Source of the DNA: a virus
Lineage: Duplodnaviria; Heunggongvirae; Uroviricota; Caudoviricetes
Virus record (IMG/VR): IMGVR_UViG_2923302340_000009
Coordinates: 1 to 54,993 of that record
Reading direction: 5' to 3' (one strand)
Length of the DNA: 54,993 nt
Shown piece by piece: positions 1-13,596 of the stretch. The notes under the pieces were generated by a model. That model saw only the letters and a list, made by a program, of their open reading frames with translations. It was not told the origin of the DNA and searched no databases. Positions within the stretch are counted from its first letter, which is position 1. Every line of letters starts with the position of its first letter. Position numbers and translations under genes: made by a program.

Positions 1-107
1 AAATTTAAAATCTATATTATCGTAACTTTTAAAGTTACAATTATATTGGATATTAGTGATATGGTTCCATTAATTAATAAGAGTTAAATTTAGCAATGTG
101 AAATTTC

Positions 108-134
108 TGATCAGGGTTGCTGCAACCCTGATCA
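108..134. repeat. perfect palindrome with 13-bp arms (tgatcagggttgc-t-gcaaccctgatca)
   Basis: Read directly in the AT-rich non-coding stretch 1-475. There is no adjacent U-tract, so it is not called a terminator. Confidence 0.6.
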
Positions 135-475
135 ATCAACATCCAATTATCCAAGATATGTCTGATGCATCAGAAACTCCTGTTTATACCTAATTGAATA
201 TACTCCCATTTTTTTCATACTACCTAACAGAAATAGTGCGCAAGTAAGTTCTTAGCTTATTGTACATAAAGTAAGATAAAACTATGTCTACTTCTGGCAC
301 ATAGCACACCTAAAACAGTAGCGTGTAATCATGTAAGCTCGGTGTAAGGAGGAGCAAATCCTCTCATGCAAAAAATACATAAAATCAGTAATGGCTGGAA
401 ATTATTCAATACCCGAACTATCAAAGGTTCGCCAGCAAGCCGCAGTATTCCGCCATGACAAGTTGCTGCGACTTT

Positions 476-784
476 TTATGTTGAATGGATAAATACCCAG
501 ACCAGCAGACACGCCACCACCGGCACAGCAAAATCCATCAGGCTTGTCACATCCCATGCACGTGTATCAAAACCGCCCCACCACGGCATATTCATTCGCT
601 TGCCATGCCCGAACATTTCGATCCAGCGATATTCTGCCTGGGTGTGTTCACGCGCAATGAAGAACGTACAACCGGCTATCGCCCCGTAAGCCCAGTTCCC
701 GGTAAAAAGACCAATCAGTAGCTGCGCAGCCACAGCACAAAGCGCATGAAGAAAAGGTGTTATATCCATTTTCATCCTACCCAA
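476..784 (-). CDS. small hypothetical membrane protein
   Basis: 102-aa ORF with three hydrophobic segments (ALCAVAAQLLIGLF, YGAIAGCTFFIA, FAVPVVACLLVWVFI). It is the last gene beyond the tail fibres. No family recognised; start uncertain. Confidence 0.5.
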   Translation of the reverse strand: MGRMKMDITPFLHALCAVAAQLLIGLFTGNWAYGAIAGCTFFIAREHTQAEYRWIEMFGHGKRMNMPWWGGFDTRAWDVTSLMDFAVPVVACLLVWVFIHST

Positions 785-811
785 TAAAACGGGGCGCTCG
801 GCCCCTTAATA

Positions 812-1852
812 TTATTTAGACGCAAGCGCCGCATCAATTGCAGATAATCTTTGTCTTAATTCTGCGTTTTCTTCTTCCAGTGCTGTTATTCTGTCGTCTG
901 ACTCTCTGGCTACCTGAACAAGCAAGCCAGTAACACCAGAATAATCTACTGTGTAATAACGTTCACCTTCTTCACCTTCCGATCCGCTCGCACCGTCCTG
1001 ATATTTCATTGCGGAACCTACAACTTCTGGGATTGCTTCCAGAGCTTCCTGTGCAATGACACCAGCATAGGGCATACCGTTTTCTTTAAGCGTGTATGTA
1101 TAGCCGTTCATTTTACGGATGCGGTCGGTTGCATTATCGATCACCTGAATGTTGTCTTTCAGATCCCGGTCGGAATGCTGGTTAAATGCGGTGGCATGAC
1201 ATGCACCATTAACGCTTAACATATAGGTGTTATCGGTATTTTTCTGCGCATAGAACATATAAGCGCCACCATCAACACCGACTTCATAAACAACAGGACG
1301 GCTGGAGTTGCCCCACAATTGAGCAGTAACACCAGCATAAGCGGTTCCCTGTGTGTTTAATGTCATGGTTGACCCATGATTGGCATATTTGATCTGTAAT
1401 GTGTCGGTGTAATCAAATTTAATAAGCGCGTTACTTCCACGCTTGCTGTATGACATAAGGCAGTTACCCATTTTGAGGTATCCGCTGTCACCGGGAAAAA
1501 TCATCGTACCGCCATAAAGGTTGGTAAAGTCCCAGCAAATGTTTGTCCCGTTATCGTTCAGGTTAAGGCGCGCCATTGCGTTACCTGGGCTGTCTATCCA
1601 TTTTTTGAGGTATAGCTCGCAATACGCATCCTCAACACCTGCCGTCCTGTGAGTTGAGCGGAGTTTTCTCCCAAATATAGCTCCGCTAGTTGGCAATACC
1701 TGCTGATACCATGAAGCAGACCAGTCACCAACGATTTCATCTTTGCTGTCTACATATAATTTTGTTGCGTAGCTTCCTTGATCGTTTTTTAATTTGCTAA
1801 CGTCGGATTTTAGCGTTTTGATGTCATCAGGAATTACTGTCGATGTAGCCAT
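812..1852 (-). CDS. tail fibre / tail spike-like protein with C-terminal intramolecular chaperone (peptidase S74-like) domain
   Basis: 346-aa ORF. The C-terminal part (HSDRDLKDNIQVIDNATDRIRKMNGYTYTLKENG...GVIAQEALEAIPEVV...LEEENAELRQRL) has the pattern of self-cleaving tail-fibre chaperone domains. Confidence 0.75.
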   Translation of the reverse strand: MATSTVIPDDIKTLKSDVSKLKNDQGSYATKLYVDSKDEIVGDWSASWYQQVLPTSGAIFGRKLRSTHRTAGVEDAYCELYLKKWIDSPGNAMARLNLNDNGTNICWDFTNLYGGTMIFPGDSGYLKMGNCLMSYSKRGSNALIKFDYTDTLQIKYANHGSTMTLNTQGTAYAGVTAQLWGNSSRPVVYEVGVDGGAYMFYAQKNTDNTYMLSVNGACHATAFNQHSDRDLKDNIQVIDNATDRIRKMNGYTYTLKENGMPYAGVIAQEALEAIPEVVGSAMKYQDGASGSEGEEGERYYTVDYSGVTGLLVQVARESDDRITALEEENAELRQRLSAIDAALASK

Positions 1853-1861
1853 TTTTCTTCC

Positions 1862-2143
1862 TCACATCCAGCCACGAAGTTGATGCTCAACAGCAACCAC
1901 GTATTCATCGAATAATGACGATATTTGCGAATCATTAATGATGCGCACGCTTACAAAATATCCGTCCTCCTTAACACATACCGGCTCGCCATCTTCAGTA
2001 AGTTCTCCGGTTTCTTTGTACACATTACCTATCACGTCAATAAGAATATCATCCTGCATCGACTCGTCATCATAATAGCCAATACTCTCCATAAAGGCCG
2101 AAAAGTCGGCCCTGTCGGCAAATTTGAGTGTTAAATCTTTCAT
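1862..2143 (-). CDS. hypothetical acidic protein in the tail-fibre module
   Basis: 93-aa ORF. Its start abuts the stf stop (2143), which suggests coupling. No family recognised. Confidence 0.45.
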   Translation of the reverse strand: MKDLTLKFADRADFSAFMESIGYYDDESMQDDILIDVIGNVYKETGELTEDGEPVCVKEDGYFVSVRIINDSQISSLFDEYVVAVEHQLRGWM

Positions 2144-4521
2144 TAGATTGACTCCCCCACCTGAGCATCAGTCAATGCCTTGTGCCATATTCTGAAATTC
2201 CTGACATGACCAAATAAATGACGTAACCCGGCTGTAGTCTGGCCTCCAATACGGATAATTGCGGTGTTCTGAATACAGGACCATGTGGTTTTTGTTTCGC
2301 TGGATATATGCCCGTTACTTACTGAGCACGTAGACTGCTCTGACTTTACACGCATCCCCATAACCATTTTTTCAAGCGATGCGTTTTCGTTTACCCGTCT
2401 GTTAGCTCCTCCAATATCGCAATAAGGAAATCCGTCGTAATCTGTTGAACGACCGAAGCCAAGAATAATAGCCGCTCCGGTTTGATGACCGCCGGTATCA
2501 AAAACACGTGGCGCTGCATTTGGCGTTTTATACCAGTTCTTATGTACCTCACAAAGAACCGTAAAAGGAAGATTATAAAGATTATTCTTAATTGGAACTG
2601 TAACTATATCGCTTGCGCGGGTCGCCGCCGTCGCTCCTGATATAATAAAAGATGATACACAAGGCCCATCTTCTACTTGTGGGGTGGCCAGATAAATATA
2701 GTCACCAGATACGGTTGCCCCGCTCTGCTTAGGAGAATACTGTATCTGAGAGCCTATTTTTAACTCCCCATCAATTGCCTGAATTGTTGCCTCTGCAAAA
2801 ATCCATCCGGTAGCTTCGTCCTTTCTGACTCTCGCTGTAATTCTTGAGGCAGCACCGCCTGTCATATTAATTTCAAGCGTTTGTGTATCAATATACGCAT
2901 CACCAAGAAAAGTTGTTGCGCTACCGTCATATTTATCAAACCGGATACGCAACCTTACCTGCAGTTCTGTTTTAAAACGACATGAGGTTGTCACGTGTTT
3001 ATTATCGCCTGAGACATCAACTGACTTTGTTGCAGCAATTGATGCCATATTAATGGCTGAGGTTTGCCCAATCAGAGAATCGTTGCAGACAAACTTTCCA
3101 TAGGTAAAACCAAAATTATCCGTCCCTGTTTCGGGCACATCCATATTTGACGATCGCCCCCAACTGGCAGGGCTTTCCGAATTGAGCATGTAGTTTGTTC
3201 TTTGCCCCTCAATAAGCAGGCCATCACGTTCAAATCGTGGCTCGTCAATGGCAGCCTCTGTCAGCACACCAGATTTGTTAATATAGGTTGCTTTCGATGC
3301 ACGTTTAAACTTAACAATCTTGTCGCCAGGCATCGTTATTTCATCGTCACCAATAACAATTTTTTTATATGATGGCGAAAAGCCCGTAATCATATCCAGC
3401 GAATCGTTAAATGGTATCCACACATCAGGCAGCGGCTGTAAGACATATTTATACGGCTCCGCAGCCTGGCTTGCGTACTCTCTGGCTGCATCTTCGCTTG
3501 CTTTAGCTGCCGTCTGGCTTGCTGCCGATGCTTTCGCTGAGTTCGCAGCCGCTGTTTCGCTCACCTTTGCGTTGGTTTCACTGGTTTTTGCTGCTTTTTG
3601 ACTGTTAGCTGATGCAGTGGCAGAAGCAGCCGCCGCGCTTGCAGAACTGGCTGCGGCACTCTCGCTTTGGGCCGCTGCATCCTGACTGCTTTTCGCCGCA
3701 GTTTCACTGGCTTTGGCATTCGTTTCGCTGGTCTTCGCTGCCGTCTGGCTGGACTTTGCGTTAGTTTCACTCGTCTTCGCAGCTTTCTGGCTGTTAGCCG
3801 CAGCAGTTGCTGATCCAGCTGCTGAAGTCGCAGAACCGGCTGCCGCGCTCTCGCTTTGGGCTGCTGCAACCTGGCTGTTTTTTGCTGCAGTTTCACTGGC
3901 TTTAGCATTCGTTTCGCTGGTCTTCGCTGCCGTCTGGCTGGACTTTGCGTTGGTTTCGCTCGTCTTTGCGGCTGTCTCGCTATTTTTCGCGTTGGTTTCT
4001 GATTTTTTAGCTGCTGTTGCGGAGTTTGCCGATGCAGTCTGCGAGGCCGCTGCCGCCTGTGCGCTGTTAGCTGCATTCGTTTCTGAGGTTTTCGCCGCGT
4101 TCTTCGATGATGCCGCTGCAGTTTCGGATTTCTTTGCCGCCGCTGCGCTCTGAGAGGCGGCTTCAGCGTTGCGTGCCGCTTCTTCCACCATTTCCTCAAA
4201 ACGACGCAATGCCTCCGGCATGACATCATCCTCCGTCATGGCACCGAGAAAATCATTCAGCGTACCGGGTTGAGAATCTTCATACACGGTGATGGTCCCG
4301 GCATGTGACGGCGGGAATCCCTCCACCAACAGAATAACGCTGTACTGACCGTACTCAACGTCCATGCTGTAACGCCCGGCTTCATCCGGATTTTCTGAGG
4401 CCAGCGTGTTCACCACCACCGTGGTACTGTTACGTTTTGCTTTCAGCTGGATTGTGCAGTTCTGTACCGGTTTTCCTGTGCCGTCTTTCAGTACACCTGA
4501 AATCTTTACTGCCATATTCAC
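2143..4521 (-). CDS. stf: side tail fibre, with lambda Stf N-terminus and non-lambda distal half
   Basis: 792 aa. The first ~100 aa (MAVKISGVLKDGTGKPVQNCTIQLKA...TITVYEDSQPGTLNDFL) match lambda Stf as I recall it. An Ala/Ser/Thr repeat shaft follows. The C-terminal ~400 aa are unlike lambda. Confidence 0.85.
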   Translation of the reverse strand: MNMAVKISGVLKDGTGKPVQNCTIQLKAKRNSTTVVVNTLASENPDEAGRYSMDVEYGQYSVILLVEGFPPSHAGTITVYEDSQPGTLNDFLGAMTEDDVMPEALRRFEEMVEEAARNAEAASQSAAAAKKSETAAASSKNAAKTSETNAANSAQAAAASQTASANSATAAKKSETNAKNSETAAKTSETNAKSSQTAAKTSETNAKASETAAKNSQVAAAQSESAAAGSATSAAGSATAAANSQKAAKTSETNAKSSQTAAKTSETNAKASETAAKSSQDAAAQSESAAASSASAAAASATASANSQKAAKTSETNAKVSETAAANSAKASAASQTAAKASEDAAREYASQAAEPYKYVLQPLPDVWIPFNDSLDMITGFSPSYKKIVIGDDEITMPGDKIVKFKRASKATYINKSGVLTEAAIDEPRFERDGLLIEGQRTNYMLNSESPASWGRSSNMDVPETGTDNFGFTYGKFVCNDSLIGQTSAINMASIAATKSVDVSGDNKHVTTSCRFKTELQVRLRIRFDKYDGSATTFLGDAYIDTQTLEINMTGGAASRITARVRKDEATGWIFAEATIQAIDGELKIGSQIQYSPKQSGATVSGDYIYLATPQVEDGPCVSSFIISGATAATRASDIVTVPIKNNLYNLPFTVLCEVHKNWYKTPNAAPRVFDTGGHQTGAAIILGFGRSTDYDGFPYCDIGGANRRVNENASLEKMVMGMRVKSEQSTCSVSNGHISSETKTTWSCIQNTAIIRIGGQTTAGLRHLFGHVRNFRIWHKALTDAQVGESI
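3655..4040. repeat. tandem duplication (~189-bp period, with 42-bp sub-repeats) inside stf
   Basis: The DNA block starting ctcgctttggg recurs about 189 bp later. The protein shows AAKTSETNAKSSQTAAKTSETNAKASETAAK twice. This explains the long spurious ORFs in other frames. Confidence 0.8.
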
Positions 4522-4579
4522 CCCACAAAAAAGCCCGCCTGAACCGGCGGGCTGTCATAACACTGTGTTACCTGGCTAA

Positions 4580-5179
4580 TCAGAATTTATAACCAACACC
4601 CACGATGAACCCGTCAGTGCGCCAGTCACCACTGCCAGAACCTTCATAAGCAATATCAATGGCCACGGATTCGGTCGGGTTAAACTGCACGCCAGCCCCC
4701 CACGCCAGAGACGTGTTGCTGTGGCGACCGTCATCACTTCCGGTCAGCACATCGTGCGTTTTCCCCTTGTTGTCAGTTACGCGAAGGTAATCCCCGGAAA
4801 AAGTCGAAACACGGCTGTAAGCCATACCCGCCATCGCATACGCGCTGAACCATTCATTCACGCGCACAGACGGCCCCGCCATCACGCTGAACCAGCGGTT
4901 ACGCACGGAATCTTCATGCCAGCGGGTATCGCTGTAACGGGTCAGCTGGCGATTCTTGTCTCCTGCATAGCTGAATGACGTCACCAGCCCCAGCGTATCC
5001 GTAAACTCATAACGGTATTTCACGTTAATCCCGTTCAGATCATCACTGCCGGGAACGTTGGTCCGGGCATGAAGATACCCCGCGCTCAGCGTGGACTGAT
5101 GTTCAGATGCCCATGCAGGCGCACCGGATACGGCCAGACAAATGGCTGCGGACAAAATGGCGGCATAAAGTTTACGCAT
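4580..5179 (-). CDS. lom: outer-membrane protein Lom (Ail/Lom family)
   Basis: 199 aa with a signal peptide and a beta-barrel C-terminus (GVGYKF). It holds the lambda position between J and stf. Confidence 0.95.
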   Translation of the reverse strand: MRKLYAAILSAAICLAVSGAPAWASEHQSTLSAGYLHARTNVPGSDDLNGINVKYRYEFTDTLGLVTSFSYAGDKNRQLTRYSDTRWHEDSVRNRWFSVMAGPSVRVNEWFSAYAMAGMAYSRVSTFSGDYLRVTDNKGKTHDVLTGSDDGRHSNTSLAWGAGVQFNPTESVAIDIAYEGSGSGDWRTDGFIVGVGYKF

Positions 5180-5245
5180 AATTACCTCTCGCTTTTCTGC
5201 AATAAAAAAGGCGTCATTTCTGACGCCCGTTCTGGGTTATAAAAT

Positions 5246-8647
<3,402 letters not shown>

Positions 8648-8704
8648 TCACGCTCCATAAATGACAAAACCGCCCGCAGGCGGTTTCACATAAAACATTT
8701 TGCA

Positions 8705-9376
8705 TCAGCGACCAATCACCACAACCTGACCACCGTCCCCTTCGTCTGCCGTGCTGATCTCCTGAGAAACCACACGTGATCCCACGCGCATTTCACCGTA
8801 CAGAACGGGCAGAACATTGCCCTGGGCAACCATGTTATCCAGTGAGGAGAAATAGGTGTTTTGTTTGCCGTTATCCGTTGTCTGTGTACGGGGAGTTCTG
8901 GCTTTCGGTGCCAGCATCTGGGCCACACCACCGAGCACCATACTGGCACCGAGAGAAAACAGGATGCCGGTCATACCACCGGCCCCAATGGCTGCCCCCC
9001 ACGCTGCAAGGGTGGCTCCGGCAGTAAAGAATGATCCGGCAATGGCGGCTGCTCCCAGGACAATCTGGAATACGCCACCTGACTTGGCCCCGGCGACTCT
9101 GGGAACAATATGAATCACAGCGCCATCAGGCAGAGTCTCATGTAACTGCGCCGTTAACCCGGACGTGCTGACATCCCGCCCGGCAATCCGTACCTGATAC
9201 CAGCCGTCGCTCAGTTTCTGACGAAACGCCGGGAGCTGTGTGGCCAGTGCGCGGATGGCTTCAGCCCCCGTTTTCACACGAAGGTCGATGCGGCGGCCAA
9301 ATCGTTGCAAATCCCCGTAAAGGCAGATGCGCGCCATGCCCGGTGACGCCAGAGGGAGTGTGTGCGTCGCTGCCAT
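8705..9376 (-). CDS. I: tail assembly protein I
   Basis: 223 aa, matching lambda I in length and position. Confidence 0.95.
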   Translation of the reverse strand: MAATHTLPLASPGMARICLYGDLQRFGRRIDLRVKTGAEAIRALATQLPAFRQKLSDGWYQVRIAGRDVSTSGLTAQLHETLPDGAVIHIVPRVAGAKSGGVFQIVLGAAAIAGSFFTAGATLAAWGAAIGAGGMTGILFSLGASMVLGGVAQMLAPKARTPRTQTTDNGKQNTYFSSLDNMVAQGNVLPVLYGEMRVGSRVVSQEISTADEGDGGQVVVIGR

Positions 9377-10017
9377 TTGTCGGTATACCTCTCTCGTTTG
9401 CTCAGTTGTTCAGGAATATGGTGCAGCAGCTCGCCATCACCACAGTAAATGGCGGCATGATTCGGCACCGATGAACCAAAACAGCACAGCAGCACATCGC
9501 CCAGTTGTGCTGATGACAACGGCACCTGATACAGCCCTGTGGCCTCCAGATTATCCAGATAGAGATTCTGACCGTGACGCCACCAGTCATCCCCGCGATG
9601 AAAATCCGGCATCTCAATCCCCGCCAGATGATAAGCATCCCGGAACAGCGTGTAACAGTCCGTCACCCCGTGCTCAAAGCGCCGCCCGGTGAGATGCGGC
9701 ACACAGCGGAACTTATGAATCGTCCCCCGGCAGACCAGCCACCACGGCAAATCACTCTGCACCTGCAGCCGCCGGTCGGCCTCACTCAGCCAGGGCAGAC
9801 CACCGGGGTGGCTGTGGACCAGCGCCACAATCTCACCCTGCATTTCTGCCTGCAGCCAGTCTTCCGGCGACATACGGAAATACGCCTCCGGCTCACCGGA
9901 GATATTCACGCAGGGGAAATATCTTTCCCCCTCCGGCGTGCTTACCACGAAGCCGCACGACTCCGCTGGCGCACATCGCCGGGCGTGCGCCAGAATCGCT
10001 GATTCTGTCTGTGTCAT
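9274..10017 (-). CDS. K: tail tip assembly protein K (JAB/MPN plus NlpC/P60-like)
   Basis: ORF MTQTESAILAHARRCAPAESCGFV...; lambda K sequence. The classical 199-aa annotation would start at the internal Met (MSPEDW). Confidence 0.93.
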   Translation of the reverse strand: MTQTESAILAHARRCAPAESCGFVVSTPEGERYFPCVNISGEPEAYFRMSPEDWLQAEMQGEIVALVHSHPGGLPWLSEADRRLQVQSDLPWWLVCRGTIHKFRCVPHLTGRRFEHGVTDCYTLFRDAYHLAGIEMPDFHRGDDWWRHGQNLYLDNLEATGLYQVPLSSAQLGDVLLCCFGSSVPNHAAIYCGDGELLHHIPEQLSKRERYTDKWQRRTHSLWRHRAWRASAFTGICNDLAAASTFV

Positions 10018-10022
10018 GGGAT

Positions 10023-10721
10023 TTACTGCGAAAGTTTGTTAATGGAAAGGAAGCCGCCAAAGTTGCCGACGTTATTGCGGAACTTACAACCGCTCAGGCA
10101 TTTGCTGCATTTATCCTTCGTGATATCGGACGTTGGCTGGTCATATTCATCCGCGACCGCCGGACCGTGATAACCGCACTCATCGCCGCGATAGGTCCAG
10201 GTGCAGGTGTTGGCCAGCATGATACGTCCCGGAAAAACAGCGCCGTCCGTTTCCGTCGGCGTGGACAGTACAAAAGAGGCACTCACCGCGCTCAGTTCGC
10301 TGCACTGCTCAATGCGCCAGCGGCTGATCACCTCCTGCTCCGGATCGGCGTCACTGTTTCCGTTGACGAAGTTCACCGCATCCAGAAAACGGGCGTAAAC
10401 CTTACGCCGGACCACCGTTCCGCCGACCAGACTCTGCAGATCTTCCGCCATCCCGGTGACCATACCGTACAGGTTAGAAACCGTCAGCGTGGGGCGCGTA
10501 CTGGTGCCTTTGCCATTCAGTTCAAAACCACTCCCCTGAATGGGATACGGCTGATACTGTCGCCCCTGCCAGGTGACCGGCTCACCTTTTTCGTTCTGCT
10601 CATTACAGAAAAAATAACGTTCTCCACCGACCTCTGTCAGATCGATTTCCCAGAGCACCACGCTGGCAGACTGCTCCGCACGGGTGCATTCATTCAGTGT
10701 TTCCTGCCGGATATCCTGCAT
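10023..10721 (-). CDS. L: minor tail protein L
   Basis: 232 aa, in lambda order. Confidence 0.95.
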   Translation of the reverse strand: MQDIRQETLNECTRAEQSASVVLWEIDLTEVGGERYFFCNEQNEKGEPVTWQGRQYQPYPIQGSGFELNGKGTSTRPTLTVSNLYGMVTGMAEDLQSLVGGTVVRRKVYARFLDAVNFVNGNSDADPEQEVISRWRIEQCSELSAVSASFVLSTPTETDGAVFPGRIMLANTCTWTYRGDECGYHGPAVADEYDQPTSDITKDKCSKCLSGCKFRNNVGNFGGFLSINKLSQ

Positions 10722-11050
10722 CAGTTCACCACCTGTTCAAACTCTGCGCTGAACTCAACACGCAGCATACTGACCCGCGACGACCATTTTGCGCAGGTCA
10801 CCTTTATCTGCCGCCACTCATAAGGCGGCGTCCACAGAAAGGATTTCCAGCCCCCGTGCTCAGCCAGAAACGACTCAAGCGCCGTGGCCTCCCAACGGGG
10901 AACAGAAAGCGTCACGCTGTACGTTTTCAGGTCGGCATTCAGCCCGGCAGGCGCTCGCTGGGAATAGCCATCACCAAAGCGCACCTTTCTTACGGAAGGG
11001 GCCGAAGCCACATCCATACCGGGTTTCACTTTCCAGCGGAAGGTTTTCAT
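10721..11050 (-). CDS. M: minor tail protein M
   Basis: 109 aa, in lambda order. Confidence 0.95.
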   Translation of the reverse strand: MKTFRWKVKPGMDVASAPSVRKVRFGDGYSQRAPAGLNADLKTYSVTLSVPRWEATALESFLAEHGGWKSFLWTPPYEWRQIKVTCAKWSSRVSMLRVEFSAEFEQVVN

Positions 11051-13596
11051 CGTCCACCTCCGGAGAACAGACCACCATCGCGCATCTGCCCGGTCACAAC
11101 ATCCATTGCCGCCTTACGGGCTACGTCATAAACCGCCTTCAGTGCCTGTGGCCCTATCTGCCCGTTCGTGCCGTCGTTGTTAATCACCACATGGTTATTC
11201 TGCTCAAACTTCCCGGACGCCTGCGAGAGGCTGTCCGCCATGCTGCCCGGTGTACCGACATAACCGCCGGTGGCATAGCCGCGCATCAGCCGGTAAAGAT
11301 TTCCCACGCCAATCCGGCTGGTTGCCTCCTTCGTGAAGACAAATTCACCACGGTGAACAATCCCCGCTGGCTCATATTTGCCGCCGGTTCCCGTAAACCC
11401 TCCGGCCGCAAAATGGAATTTCGCCGCAGCTGCCTGAATGGCTGTACCGCCTGACGCGGATGCGCCGCCGCCAATGGCGCTGCCTATACTTCCGACAATC
11501 CCCACCATTGCCTGCTTAAGCAGAATTTCTGTCATCATGGACAGCACGGAACGGGTGAAGCTGCGCCAGTTCTGTTCACTGCCGGTCAGCATCGCCGCCA
11601 TATTCTGTGCAATACCATCAAAGGTCTGCGTGGCAGCACTTTTAACCTGCGACATACTGTCCGTGGCGCTCTCTTCCCACTCACTCCAGCCTGACCTGAG
11701 GCCTGCCATCCAGCTCCCGCGAAGCTGGTCTTCAGCCGCCCAGGTCTTTTTCTGCTCTGACATGACGTTATTCAGCGCCAGCGGATTATCGCCATACTGT
11801 TCCTTCAGACGCTGTTCTGTGGCTTCCCGCGCTGCCTGCCGGTCAGTCAGCCCCCGGCTTTTCGCATCAATGGCGGCCCGTTTTGCCCGTTGCTGCTGTG
11901 CGAATTTATCCGCCTGCTGCGCCAGCGCGTTCAGGCGCTCCTGATACGTAACCTTGTCGCCAAGTGCAGCCAGCTGGCGTTTGTACTCCAGCGTCTCATC
12001 TTTATGCGCCAGCAGGGATTTCTCCTGTGCAGACAGCTGGCGACGTTGCGCCGCCTCCTCCAGTACCGCGAACTGACTCTCCGCCTTCCACAAATCCCGG
12101 CGCTGCTGGCTGATTTTCTCATTTGCTCCGGCATGCTTCTCCAGCGTCCGGAGTTCTGCCTGAAGCGTCAGCAGGGCAGCATGAGCACTGTCTTCCTGAC
12201 GATCGCCCGCAGACACCTTCACGCCGGACTGTTTCGGCTTTTTCAGCGTCGCTTCATAATCCTTTTTCGCCGCCGCCATCAGCGTGTTGTAATCTGCCTG
12301 CAGGATTTTCCCGTCTTTCAGTGCCTTGTTCAGTTCTTCCTGACGGGCGGTATATTTCTCCAGCGGCGTCTGCAGGCGTTCGTAAGCCTTCTGCGCCTCT
12401 TCGGTATATTTCAGCCGTGACGCTTCAGTATCGCTCTGCTGCTGCGCATTTTTGTCCTGTTGAGTCTGCTGCTCAGCCTTCTTTCGGGCGGCTTCAAGCG
12501 CAAGACGGGCCTTTTCACGATCATCCCAGTAACGCGCCCGCGCTTCATCGTTAACAAAATAATCATCCTTGCGCAGATTCCAGATGTCGTCTGCTTTCTT
12601 AAACGCAGCCTCTGCCTTAATCAGCATCTCCTGCGCGGTATCAGGACGACCAATATCCAGCACCGCATCCCACATGGATTTGAATGCCCGCGCAGTCCTG
12701 TCTGCCCAGGTCTCCAGCGTGCCCATGTTCTCTTTCAGGCGGCGGGTCTGGTCATCAAACCCTTTCGTTGCGGCCTCGTTCGCCGCCTGCAATGCCCCGG
12801 CTTCATCGCCGGAACGCTGCAACTGAGCAACATACGCAATCTGCTCCGCCGTCACGTTATGGAACTGGCGTGCCATCGCCGTCAGCCCCGACGTCGGGTC
12901 TGTGGTCAGCTTCCCGAAGGCTTCAGCGACCTTGTCCACCTCCACGCCGGATGCAGAGGAGAAACGCGCCACACTCTGGCTGATGGACGCAATCTGAGCC
13001 TCACCGCTTACCCCCGCCTTAACCAGTGCGCTGAGTGACTCGCTGGTCTGGTTAAACGTCAGCCCTGCCGCCTGCCCGGCTCTGGACAGGACCAGCATGC
13101 GATCTGCCGTCAGACCCGACTGATTGCCGGAAAGGACCAGCGTTTTGTTGAAATCGGACAGGGTTGAGTTGCCCTGATACCAGGCATACGCCAGCGCACC
13201 GGTCGCCACCGCCAGCGAGGTGGCCCCCACCATCGGCAGGGTGATCGCACCGGCAAGCCCCCTGAACATGGGGATCATCCCGCCGAAGGAGTCCTTCACC
13301 TGCCCCCCCTGTTGCAGCAGGATCAGCCACGGACTTTGCCCGCCTGCAAGCTGCGTGGCCACGTCGGTGAACTGTGCAGGCAGCATACGCATGGCGGCTT
13401 TATACTGCCCGACGGAAATCCCCGCTTTCTGTGCAGCCAGCGCCTGTCGGCTCAGCGACTGTTCAACGACTGCCGCTGTTTTTTTCGCATCACTTTCCGT
13501 ACCGGAAAAATGACGCCTGACTCTGGCCATCTGCTCGTCAAATCTGGCCGCATCCAGACTTAAATCAACGACCAGATCGCCTACCGGTTCAGCCAT
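11047..13596 (-). CDS. H: tape measure protein H
   Basis: 849 aa (lambda H is about 853 aa), with a lambda-like sequence. Confidence 0.95.
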   Translation of the reverse strand: MAEPVGDLVVDLSLDAARFDEQMARVRRHFSGTESDAKKTAAVVEQSLSRQALAAQKAGISVGQYKAAMRMLPAQFTDVATQLAGGQSPWLILLQQGGQVKDSFGGMIPMFRGLAGAITLPMVGATSLAVATGALAYAWYQGNSTLSDFNKTLVLSGNQSGLTADRMLVLSRAGQAAGLTFNQTSESLSALVKAGVSGEAQIASISQSVARFSSASGVEVDKVAEAFGKLTTDPTSGLTAMARQFHNVTAEQIAYVAQLQRSGDEAGALQAANEAATKGFDDQTRRLKENMGTLETWADRTARAFKSMWDAVLDIGRPDTAQEMLIKAEAAFKKADDIWNLRKDDYFVNDEARARYWDDREKARLALEAARKKAEQQTQQDKNAQQQSDTEASRLKYTEEAQKAYERLQTPLEKYTARQEELNKALKDGKILQADYNTLMAAAKKDYEATLKKPKQSGVKVSAGDRQEDSAHAALLTLQAELRTLEKHAGANEKISQQRRDLWKAESQFAVLEEAAQRRQLSAQEKSLLAHKDETLEYKRQLAALGDKVTYQERLNALAQQADKFAQQQRAKRAAIDAKSRGLTDRQAAREATEQRLKEQYGDNPLALNNVMSEQKKTWAAEDQLRGSWMAGLRSGWSEWEESATDSMSQVKSAATQTFDGIAQNMAAMLTGSEQNWRSFTRSVLSMMTEILLKQAMVGIVGSIGSAIGGGASASGGTAIQAAAAKFHFAAGGFTGTGGKYEPAGIVHRGEFVFTKEATSRIGVGNLYRLMRGYATGGYVGTPGSMADSLSQASGKFEQNNHVVINNDGTNGQIGPQALKAVYDVARKAAMDVVTGQMRDGGLFSGGGR

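Noticed and set aside
1-475. A prophage attachment site or host flank at the left edge
   Set aside because: The partner att beyond int lies outside the window, so no repeat can be matched. The region is AT-rich and non-coding, and I cannot tell whether it is phage or host DNA.
3561-4229. 222-aa (minus) and 146-aa (plus, 3713-4153) ORFs inside stf
   Set aside because: These are out-of-frame or antisense readings of the Ala/Ser/Thr repeat DNA. Their repetitive RRQRRPAKR- or AAV-type sequences are by-products of the tandem repeats.
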